This document shows positions 1 to 8,500 of a DNA stretch of 64,000 bases, in pieces (positions within the stretch are counted from its first letter, which is position 1; every line of letters starts with the position of its first letter). The DNA comes from Elusimicrobiota bacterium. Its GTDB lineage: Bacteria > Elusimicrobiota > Elusimicrobia > F11. The notes beneath the pieces were generated by a model that was not told the origin of the DNA, ran no database searches, and saw nothing but the letters and a program-made list of their open reading frames with translations. The translations under genes and the position numbers were made by a program. The stretch lies in contig JBGAON010000003.1 of the NCBI GenBank assembly GCA_044221725.1, positions 192,001-256,000 of the forward strand, in the 5' to 3' direction.

Positions 1-163
1 AGCCTCTTTTGCTCCAGAGGATCTCGCGCAAAATATTGAAACCGTTTTGCACGCTGTATTTTCCGCAAAGCCCGCCACGGCGAAAGGAGTGTTCGTTCGT
101 TCGGTAACACTCAGTTCAACGATGGGCGCTGGCGTTCGGCTCGCCGCAGAAACGGCAGCGTAA
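1..163 (+). CDS. rplA: 50S ribosomal protein L1, C-terminal part (5' truncated by window edge)
   Basis: Frame from nt 2 reads ASFAPEDLAQNIETVLHAVFSAKPATAKGVFVRSVTLSSTMGAGVRLAAETAA*, matching the L1 C-terminal KP..AKG....S.TMG.G signature. TAA at 161-163. Not in the ORF track. Confidence 0.92.
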   Translation, partial: ASFAPEDLAQNIETVLHAVFSAKPATAKGVFVRSVTLSSTMGAGVRLAAETAA

Positions 164-175
164 GAGCGCGCGTGA

Positions 176-676
176 ATGGCTGATACACAAGAACCAACGC
201 TCCAACAGCCCGAACTTACCCGACGCTCCTTCCTTTTGTGGGGATGGGGCGCTTTTCTCGCATTCCTTGCTTCGTCGGCCGGATCTGTTCTCCGCTTTTT
301 CTTGCCAAACGTTCTCTACGAACCATCCCAAAAATTCCGCGCCGGCAAGGTTGTGGATTATCCTCTTGGCGTAACGATCGACAAAGCGCACCGCGTCTGG
401 ATTATTCGCAACGACCAAGGTTTGTACGCGATGTGGGCGCGTTGCACGCACCTTGGTTGCACACCGAACTGGTTTCCCGCTGAATCTCGCTTTCGTTGCC
501 CGTGTCACGGCTCCAACTTTTCTGCCGCCGGAGATGTGATCGCCGGTCCGGCACCAAAACCTCTTTGGCGTGTGCAAGTCACACAAACCCCGCAGGGTGA
601 ACTCGTCGTCGATAAAGCCATCATGGAGAATCGTCCGGGCGTGCGGGAAAAACCACCGTTCTTCATTAATGTATAG
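176..676 (+). CDS. Rieske 2Fe-2S subunit of a Rieske/cytochrome b complex
   Basis: Tat motif LTRRSFL plus TM helix; Rieske boxes CTHLGC and CPCHGS; GPAP motif. Confidence 0.95.
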   Translation: MADTQEPTLQQPELTRRSFLLWGWGAFLAFLASSAGSVLRFFLPNVLYEPSQKFRAGKVVDYPLGVTIDKAHRVWIIRNDQGLYAMWARCTHLGCTPNWFPAESRFRCPCHGSNFSAAGDVIAGPAPKPLWRVQVTQTPQGELVVDKAIMENRPGVREKPPFFINV

Positions 677-687
677 TACGTCCCTTC

Positions 688-2328
688 ATGTTCCAAAAAC
701 TCGATCCTAAGAAGCTTTTCGAAGATTTAACAAACACACAGGTCTGGCGCTCCATGTTCCGCGGTGGAACATGGAAAGACACGTCGCGTGACCGCGCGCA
801 ACACATTCTTGGCAATGTTTGGTTGCACTTGCATCCAGCCCGCATCCGCCGTCGCGGAGTAAAGTTTACCTACACCTGGGGTTTGGGCGGCCTTTCTTTC
901 TTCCTGTTTCTTGTTCTCACCGTGACCGGCATTGTGCTTATGTTCTATTACCGTCCAACGCCGGACTTGGCCTACCGCGATATGAAAGATTTGGAATTTG
1001 TCGTTTCGATGGGAAAATTCATGCGCAACATGCACCGCTGGTCTGCGCACACGATGGTTCTGTTTGTGATCTTGCACATGGTTCGCGTGTTTCTCACGGG
1101 GGCGTACAAAACCCCGCGCGAATTCAACTGGGGTGTCGGCGTCGTTCTTCTCGTCATCACTCTTTTCCTGTCGTTTACCGGTTATCTACTCCCATGGGAT
1201 CAATTGGCCATTTGGGCCGTTACGGTTGGAACCAACATGGCGAGCGCCTCGCCGTTTCTTGGAGCGGAAGGCCCGTTTTCAGCGTTATTGGGCGTCGGTC
1301 TTAAGAACGACGCGCGTTTCGGCCTTCTCGGTGGAACGGCGGTCGGATCCGCGACACTGGTTCGGTTTTACGTTTTGCATTGCATCGCGGTCCCGGTCAT
1401 TGCTGGTATTTTTATGATTGTGCATTTCTGGCGTATTCGCAAAGATGGATTTTCCGCAGCCCCAATCGACAACGAACCACCAACGCAAAAGATTGAAGTG
1501 TGGCCAAACCTCGTAGTTCGCGAATATCTCGGTGCAATTCTCATGTTGATCTTCTTGGTTGGTTGGTCGTTTCTTCAGAACGCACCCCTCGAAGGCATCG
1601 CGGATCCGAACGTGACACCGAATCCTTCCAAGGCGCCGTGGTATTTCTTGGGTCTTCAAGAGTTGCTCGTCTATTTTGATCCGTGGATTGCCGGCGTGGT
1701 TTTGCCGACGATCATTATGATTGGCCTTATGGCAATTCCCTATTTGGATCCGGATCCAAACCGTGGTGTCGGTTTTTATTCGTTCAAAGAACGCCCGTTT
1801 GCAAACATTATTTTCTTGGCTGGCATTTTCGCGTGGTTCGCGTTGATTGTCATCGGCACGTTCATGCGAGGACCGAACTGGCAGTGGTACTGGCCTTGGG
1901 AAAGTTGGCTTATTCACAAGGCGCCACCGCCGCCAACATCCATTATGCCGCTGGCTCTTGGCGCGCCGCTTATTGCAATTTATTTTGCGGTGGGAATGGT
2001 GCTACCGTTATTAATTAAGTGCGAAATTAACGTGAAGTCCTCTGTGAAAAAGATTTTTGGCGGTGCTTTTCTGTTGGCGCTCATTGTTGGGGTGTTACCG
2101 AGCTTTACGTTCGTGCAGGGCGCATGGGTTGGGTTTGGTGTAGGTCTTTATTTAATCATGGGCGTCATTTTGCCGACGCACTATTTGAAGGGCATCAGCA
2201 AGATCCGTTACACCGTGTGCATGGCGTTGTTGTTGATGATGATCGGCGTTTTCTTGAAGGTGACGCTGCGCCTTGGATTTAACATCAAATATATTGTTTC
2301 CATCCCACAAGTTAGCTTGAACGTCTAA
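688..2328 (+). CDS. Cytochrome b (b6-like domain fused to subunit-IV-like domain plus extra C-terminal helices)
   Basis: Heme-ligand His pairs in MHRWSAH..ILHM and [26 protein letters not shown] at the PEWY position; follows the Rieske gene. Confidence 0.93.
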   Translation: MFQKLDPKKLFEDLTNTQVWRSMFRGGTWKDTSRDRAQHILGNVWLHLHPARIRRRGVKFTYTWGLGGLSFFLFLVLTVTGIVLMFYYRPTPDLAYRDMKDLEFVVSMGKFMRNMHRWSAHTMVLFVILHMVRVFLTGAYKTPREFNWGVGVVLLVITLFLSFTGYLLPWDQLAIWAVTVGTNMASASPFLGAEGPFSALLGVGLKNDARFGLLGGTAVGSATLVRFYVLHCIAVPVIAGIFMIVHFWRIRKDGFSAAPIDNEPPTQKIEVWPNLVVREYLGAILMLIFLVGWSFLQNAPLEGIADPNVTPNPSKAPWYFLGLQELLVYFDPWIAGVVLPTIIMIGLMAIPYLDPDPNRGVGFYSFKERPFANIIFLAGIFAWFALIVIGTFMRGPNWQWYWPWESWLIHKAPPPPTSIMPLALGAPLIAIYFAVGMVLPLLIKCEINVKSSVKKIFGGAFLLALIVGVLPSFTFVQGAWVGFGVGLYLIMGVILPTHYLKGISKIRYTVCMALLLMMIGVFLKVTLRLGFNIKYIVSIPQVSLNV

Positions 2329-2329
2329 C

Positions 2330-3640
2330 GTGAAAATAGAAAATAAATTTCTCCAAAAATTGTTCATGCTGCGCTACTTATTTTTGTGGGGCAACGTTAT
2401 TCTCTTGTTGCTTTTTGTGGCCGTGCTCGTTCGAGACAATTGCCGCGGTTGGAAAGACTATCAAGTCGAATTCAAAAAGCGTGAAGTAGCGAAAGCGCAA
2501 GAAAAAGTTAATAACGCGCCGACCTCCGAGGCGAAAGAAGTGGCCCTCCAAGAACTGAAACAAGCAAAAAAGATGCCGATTGAGGTGCGCCAGATTTGGA
2601 CTCAGGAGATGAACGCCGTTGACCGTTGCATAACCTGTCACTTGGGCTACGATCCACTTCAAAACAGTTCTCTCACCACCGAGTACAAAGAGCATCCTTA
2701 CAGTGCCACCGGTGCTTCACCGGGTTTTGATATTCATAAAGCACACAATCTCGAAAAATTTGGTTGCGTTGTTTGCCACGGCGGACAAGGTCTGGCGACC
2801 GAAGTGAAAGCCGCGCACGGCGAAGTCGAACATTGGGAAAAGCCGCTCTTGAAAGGGGTTTTGCTCGAAGCGTCGTGCGTCAAATGCCACGATAACCATG
2901 CTGATTTGAAGATCAATGGAGAGATTTATACCGCCGACATCGTTCGCGCAAAAAAATTGTTCCGCGATAACGGTTGTATCGGTTGCCATCAAGTGGGTGG
3001 TGAAGGTGGTGTGATTTCCGTCGATTTGAAAGAAGAAACGTCGAACAAGCCGCTCAGTCGAATCGATTTTTCCCACACCGGATTGGATAAAGAACAGCGG
3101 ACGCTCGCGAATTGGATTAAGGTGCACCTCGTGAAAGATCCCGTGGATGTGACGCCGGGCGATCCAACAGCATCGTTCAACACCGAACCGATTGCGCCAT
3201 CCGGCATGCCGCCCTATTTGATGTCTGAAAAAGACGCCGATGCGCTGACCGCATGGGTGTTGAGCTTGAACCGACAAGGTATTCCGCCTCAATTCTTGAC
3301 GTTGCGGCCGCCGGAAGCGGAGCCCAATATTAGTGGTGCCGTGGCGAAGGGTCGCTACGTGTATGACAAGTTTGGTTGCGCCGCATGCCACGGTGCCGAC
3401 GCGCGCGGTGGAATTCGGGATTACAATGCGCAGTACGACGTTACACCGAATCTCCGTCGTGTGGTGGGGACTTACACACGCGAAGAGATCAAATCGAAAA
3501 TTTCGGAAGGTGTTCCGTTTATCGCGAAACACGATCCCAACGGGCCGACCCCGCCGTTTTACATGCCGGCGTGGAAGTCCAAGATCAAGGGCGACGACTT
3601 AGAGAACCTCGTCACTTACTTGCAGAGCATAAAAGAATAA
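2330..3640 (+). CDS. Membrane-anchored pentaheme c-type cytochrome of the bc-type complex
   Basis: N-terminal TM helix; five CxxCH motifs (CITCH, CVVCH, CVKCH, CIGCH, CAACH); GTG start 1 nt after the cytochrome b stop. Confidence 0.92.
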   Translation: MKIENKFLQKLFMLRYLFLWGNVILLLLFVAVLVRDNCRGWKDYQVEFKKREVAKAQEKVNNAPTSEAKEVALQELKQAKKMPIEVRQIWTQEMNAVDRCITCHLGYDPLQNSSLTTEYKEHPYSATGASPGFDIHKAHNLEKFGCVVCHGGQGLATEVKAAHGEVEHWEKPLLKGVLLEASCVKCHDNHADLKINGEIYTADIVRAKKLFRDNGCIGCHQVGGEGGVISVDLKEETSNKPLSRIDFSHTGLDKEQRTLANWIKVHLVKDPVDVTPGDPTASFNTEPIAPSGMPPYLMSEKDADALTAWVLSLNRQGIPPQFLTLRPPEAEPNISGAVAKGRYVYDKFGCAACHGADARGGIRDYNAQYDVTPNLRRVVGTYTREEIKSKISEGVPFIAKHDPNGPTPPFYMPAWKSKIKGDDLENLVTYLQSIKE

Positions 3641-3682
3641 TTAGCCCTAGCTTTGCGTGGAATTTTCGATCAAGATGTAACT

Positions 3683-3760
3683 GGCTATCAGTTATCAGCT
3701 ATCGGCTGTCAGCCAGAAAGAATTTGAATATTGATAGCTGAAAGCTGAGAGCTGACAGCC
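3683..3760. repeat. Inverted pair of heptamer tandem arrays (GCTATCA-like x4 / TGANAGC x4)
   Basis: Left arm GCTATCA GTTATCA GCTATCG GCTGTCA; right arm TGATAGC TGAAAGC TGAGAGC TGACAGC; imperfect long hairpin ending 2 nt before the fixC ATG. Confidence 0.8.
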
Positions 3761-3762
3761 AA

Positions 3763-5133
3763 ATGGCCGACGACAAATTTGACGTAATTGTAGTAGGAGC
3801 CGGACCCGCGGGAACATCCGCGGCGATTACCGCTGCAAAACTGGGATTGAACGTGGTGTTGCTTGAGCGCGGCGAATATCCTGGTTCGAAAAACGTGCAA
3901 GGCGCTGTGCTTTACACGAAAAATCTCGCCGACATCCTTCCTGAATTCTGGAAAGACCCGACCGCACCGCTGGAACGTTACATCACGACCCAAAACGTGA
4001 TGATCGCTTCTGATGATTCCGCAATCCAAGTTGGTTTTCGTTCGGATAAATGGGTTCAAGAGCCGCACAACTGCTACACGATTATTCGTGTGAATTTCGA
4101 CAAGTGGTACGCGAAAAAAGCGGAAGAGGCGGGCGTGCAACTTTTTACGGGTGTCAGAGTTTCGAAAGTCCTTCAAAAAGACAAAAAAGTCATTGGCATT
4201 GAAACGAGCGAAGGAGATCAGCTCTTCGCCGATGTCGTAATCGCCTGCGATGGCGTGAATTCGATGATTGCGCAATCGATCGGGCTGATCGATGAACTGC
4301 GTTCCGATGAAGTGGCGCTCGGCGTGAAAGAAGTGCTCGCGCTTCCAGAGGGCCGAATTCAAGATCGTTTCGCTCTTGAGAAGGGGGAGGGAGCGACGTT
4401 TGAAATTTTTGGTGGCGTGACGCGTGGAATGCTTGGTTACGCATTTCTTTATACAAATAAAGAGTCCATTTCTTTTGGTGTCGGTTGCAAGTTGTCGCAT
4501 TTCCAGCGAACGAACGCGCGCCCTTATGAATTGCTTGAAGCGGCCAAGAAACATCCCATCATCCGCCGATATCTTGCCGACGCCAAGCCGATCGAATATT
4601 CTGCGCACTTGATTCCGGAAGGAGGCTATTATTCTTTGCCGCCGCTTTACACCGACGGCTTTATGATTGCCGGCGATGCTGCGCAAATGATCAATCCATC
4701 GCACCGTGAAGGTTCAAATCTCGCAATGACGGCTGGCATGCTGGCCGCCCAAACGGCCGCCGAAGCAAAAAAGAAAGGGGATTTTTCGAAAGCGACGCTG
4801 GTTGAATATCAAAGGAAGCTCGAAGCATCTTTTGTGATTCCCGATATGGAAGACCATAAAGATTTGGAACACAAAATTGAGCGCAACATGGATTTGATCA
4901 CCGTTTATCCGGAGCTGGCCGCTCGTGCGCTGTACGAATACTTTACCGTTGACGGGCGTACCAAGAAGGATGTTCAAAAAAGTATTTTCCGCCGCATCCT
5001 CAAGACGCGATCCGTGAAAAATATTGTTCGTGACGTTTGGGGAATGGTGCACGCCGATGAGAAGAAGCCAACCGTGTGGGGTCTCATCAAAGAACTTTGG
5101 AAAATGAAAAGTGCATTTAAGAGGTTTGGATAA
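3763..5133 (+). CDS. fixC: FixC-family FAD-dependent ETF:quinone oxidoreductase
   Basis: VVGAGPAG FAD motif; LLERGEYPGSKN; ACDGVNS; EYSAHLIPEGG; AGDAA; adjacent to fixX. Confidence 0.9.
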   Translation: MADDKFDVIVVGAGPAGTSAAITAAKLGLNVVLLERGEYPGSKNVQGAVLYTKNLADILPEFWKDPTAPLERYITTQNVMIASDDSAIQVGFRSDKWVQEPHNCYTIIRVNFDKWYAKKAEEAGVQLFTGVRVSKVLQKDKKVIGIETSEGDQLFADVVIACDGVNSMIAQSIGLIDELRSDEVALGVKEVLALPEGRIQDRFALEKGEGATFEIFGGVTRGMLGYAFLYTNKESISFGVGCKLSHFQRTNARPYELLEAAKKHPIIRRYLADAKPIEYSAHLIPEGGYYSLPPLYTDGFMIAGDAAQMINPSHREGSNLAMTAGMLAAQTAAEAKKKGDFSKATLVEYQRKLEASFVIPDMEDHKDLEHKIERNMDLITVYPELAARALYEYFTVDGRTKKDVQKSIFRRILKTRSVKNIVRDVWGMVHADEKKPTVWGLIKELWKMKSAFKRFG

Positions 5134-5456
5134 TGGACGAAAAAAAAACAGAGAAGATTGACGTCAATATTGACGACAAGCTCGGCATGTTGACGTACAA
5201 AGCCGACCACAGTTTTGCTCACATTAAGATCAAAGATGCATCCGCGAATAGTCCGTGCGTGACAACCTGCAAAGAAAAACCGTGCACGCAAGTTTGCCCC
5301 GCGCGCGTTTACACGTGGGAAGAAGCACAGAAGAAAATTCTCGTCGCCTACGAGAACTGCATTGAGTGCGGTGCTTGCCGCATGTTGTGCCCGTTCGACA
5401 ATATTGCATGCGAATGGCCGCGCGGCGGCTTTGGCGTGCAGTACAAATTGGGCTGA
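5133..5456 (+). CDS. fixX: FixX-family ferredoxin
   Basis: C..C..KPC..VCPA.VY, CIECGACRMLC and C-terminal WPRGGFGVQYKLG; start overlaps the fixC stop by 1 nt. Confidence 0.9.
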   Translation: MDEKKTEKIDVNIDDKLGMLTYKADHSFAHIKIKDASANSPCVTTCKEKPCTQVCPARVYTWEEAQKKILVAYENCIECGACRMLCPFDNIACEWPRGGFGVQYKLG

Positions 5457-5460
5457 CCCG

Positions 5461-5521
5461 TTTACAAAAGATTTACATTCCATTAATCCGATCTTAATCG
5501 CGCATCCATAGAATTCGCGCT
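5461..5521 (+). promoter_or_regulatory. Pho-box-like 11-bp-periodic array plus -10 element; probable leaderless promoter of the 1963-aa gene
   Basis: TTTACA 5461, TTTACA 5472, TTAATC 5483, TTAATC 5494; TAGAAT at 5509-5514; ATG at 5522 after a 7-nt spacer; no Shine-Dalgarno. Confidence 0.7.
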
Positions 5522-8500
5522 ATGGAAACGCCCCGTTTCGTTCGCGTAGTTGCTGGTTCGCTTTCGATTGTTTATCTCGCCACGAATTGCTTGTTCGCCG
5601 GTCGCGTGGAAGGGAACATCTGGCAGGAAAGGCGACCGTCGTCGGCCCCGAATGTTTTCATCCAGCGTCCCCGTATTCCTGCGGTACACACGGATCTTGG
5701 CTTGCGACGTGCGAGCATGATGGCATTGGCCCGCTTCGGCACCATTCGCAACGTTCAAAAATCCACTCATCCTTCTCCAAAAAATCCCGTGGTGCTCCAT
5801 GTTCAAGACGTTCACATGAACAGCGAAGCACAAAGAAATATTTCCGGAGCTCTTCAACAGCTGATTGACAATGAAAAGGTACGGCTGCTGGCATTGGAAG
5901 GGGCTTTTCATTCAATCGATTTAACGCCGTTTCGTAAATTTCCCGATCGAACGAGTGTTTTCAACGTTGCGGATTACATGTTGCAAGAAGGAAAAATTTC
6001 CGGTGCCATTCATGCCGCGGTCTTCGCTGAAAAAACAGTCTCGACGATTGGTATCGACGATTTTGGCCATTACAATGCAAATGTGGAAGCCGTACAAAAA
6101 TCGTTCGCGGCATCGAAAGAATTAAAACCGGAGATCCTGCGCTACGTGAACGATCTCGAAAAGAAAAAACAACAGACATTTGATTCTTCGCTGCTTCGGT
6201 TCGATAACACCGTGCAACAATATCGTAACCAGTCGCTTTCGTTGGGAGATTACGCTTCGGCGCTTTCTCGGATCGTGGATGCATCGTCGAGCGTGAAAAC
6301 ATTTCTCAAAGCACGTCGTCTCGAGTCAATCATTGATTTCTCTGCGGTCGCGCGCGCGCGTGCCGAGGCGCGTGAGAAAAATATTTCCCCGATCCATTTC
6401 CCATCGTTGATGCTTTACGATGATTACTTGCGAGCGGCAAAGTCAATTGATTCGGATGCGTTGGCGAACGAGTTGGAACACATGGAAAGCGCGGCGTTTA
6501 AAAAGCTTTCGCGAACACCGGCGGAGAGAGAGTTGATTGCGCAATCGCGCCGACTTTATCTGCTTGAGAAGCTTGTGAATTTTTCTCTGACCAAAAATGA
6601 GTGGGACGAATACGAGAACGAGCATCGTTCCGCGTGCGCTATACCTCACGAAAGGATTCAGCCGTTTGAGGCGTTTTATATGGAAGCGGAATATCGTGAC
6701 GCCGCGATGGCGATGAACTTTTTAAATCAAATCAATGAGATAAATGATGCAGACCAAAGCACCTTTGTGTTGGTCACCGGCGGCTTCCATTCTTCCGGCA
6801 TCGACAAACGCCTCGGCGACGCAGGCTGTACCGTGGTGACATTTATTCCAAAGATCACGAAGATCGACACCGTAAACGGTTCCGCGTATCTCAGTGTGTT
6901 TGCGCAAGAAAAATTTTCGCTCGATAAGCTGTTCGAAGGAGAAAAAATTTTCCTTTCGCCTTCGCCGATGTCGAAAAGCGCATTCGGATTGTTCGCCGTG
7001 CTTGTGGCGAGCGTTGCGCTGCTCACCAACGCAGTCTCCAGCGGGATTGCCGCTTCGTGGCTTCAATCAACACTGGCAATGAACGATCTTTCAATTGCAA
7101 AAGCAGGGGCGAACGCGGTGAACATTGTCTTTGGACTTTATGGCGCGCACCTTGGCATCACGTTCTTGAGCGGAGCCGCAGGGGCGATTCGGCCAGAGCT
7201 TTCTATTGCCCGCCAGAAACCGGATTTCGGTCGCTGGTTCCCTTCTTCAATTCGGGAATCACTCGAGCACTTCATGCCGTGGTTCGTGCCGCAGCACATT
7301 GCGATTCGGCGGTGGCCGCTGTGGATTGGTTACGCAATGATTGTCACGTGTGGCGTTGCGTTTCCGGTTCTTTTTTCTGAGTTTGTCTCTGTCGTTCCCT
7401 CCGAAGTGTGGATGTGGACGGGCGGTGTTGTTGCGCACGAATTTTATAACCGGCTGGCAAAAGTTATGGGTTGGCCCATGTTGACCCGTGTGGTTCTTGC
7501 CCAAGATTTTTTAACGGCCGAACAGGAACAGAGCTTGGCTCGCGAAATGGATTCAATATTCGATTCGATGTTGCCGGTGCTGCTGGATAATGAAAAAGCC
7601 CAAGATTTGTTGCTTCGTCTTCTCAAGTCCGATTTGCACAGAAGAATAAATCTGAATCTTGTCATCCAGGCGGATGTGCAGGCGCACAAAAAGGGAAAAT
7701 TTTGGATTCGGCCTGGTTTGACTGCCAAAAACAACGTTCGAATTGCAGACCTCATTCAAGTCCTAACTCGCACTCCCAGTTCCGAGCTTTATGCGCAGAT
7801 CAAAGATTGGCATGAAAAAAACAACGATCTTTCTTTGAATTTGAGGAATTTGACGTTGAGATTTTTGCACGGATTTCGAGAGCTTTCTTATTCTGAGAAA
7901 CAACAACGACAGATTTCGAATTGGATAAGAACCTATGAAGATACAAGGAACATGCTGGTACGACCTTATGTGGGCATCGTCACCGGTCTTGCAAAAAAAT
8001 TTACAAGACAAGGACTGTCAATCGATGAATTGGAATCTGAGGGCTACAGTGGATTGCTTGCGGCGGCCGAACATTATCGCGTTGGGTTTGGACGTTTCAG
8101 CACTTTTGCGACTCCATCAGTGAGAAGAAGCATGCGCGTCGCTGTGTTGCGGAAGGCAAAAGAGAACGCGCCCGAGCGCACGCTGACGGAGTCGATCGCT
8201 GGCGAAGAAATTGATTACGATTCATCGAAATACGAGGAATTATTGAAGCAGGTGTATCAATTGCCGCGGCGAGATCAATTTGTGTTGTCTCAATATTACG
8301 GATTGAATGGCCTGGACCCGGAAAAGCTTGAACAAGTGGGGCGTCGCCTGGGTTTGTCGGTGGAACGAATTCGCCAAATAAGAAACCGCGCGCTGGATAG
8401 GCTTCGAGAGCGCCTGACGTCGCCGACAGGCGAACTTCGGGAGGAAGAAGAGGGTGCGCCTATCTCGAAAAAGCTGAACAGACAGAACGTTATTGATATG

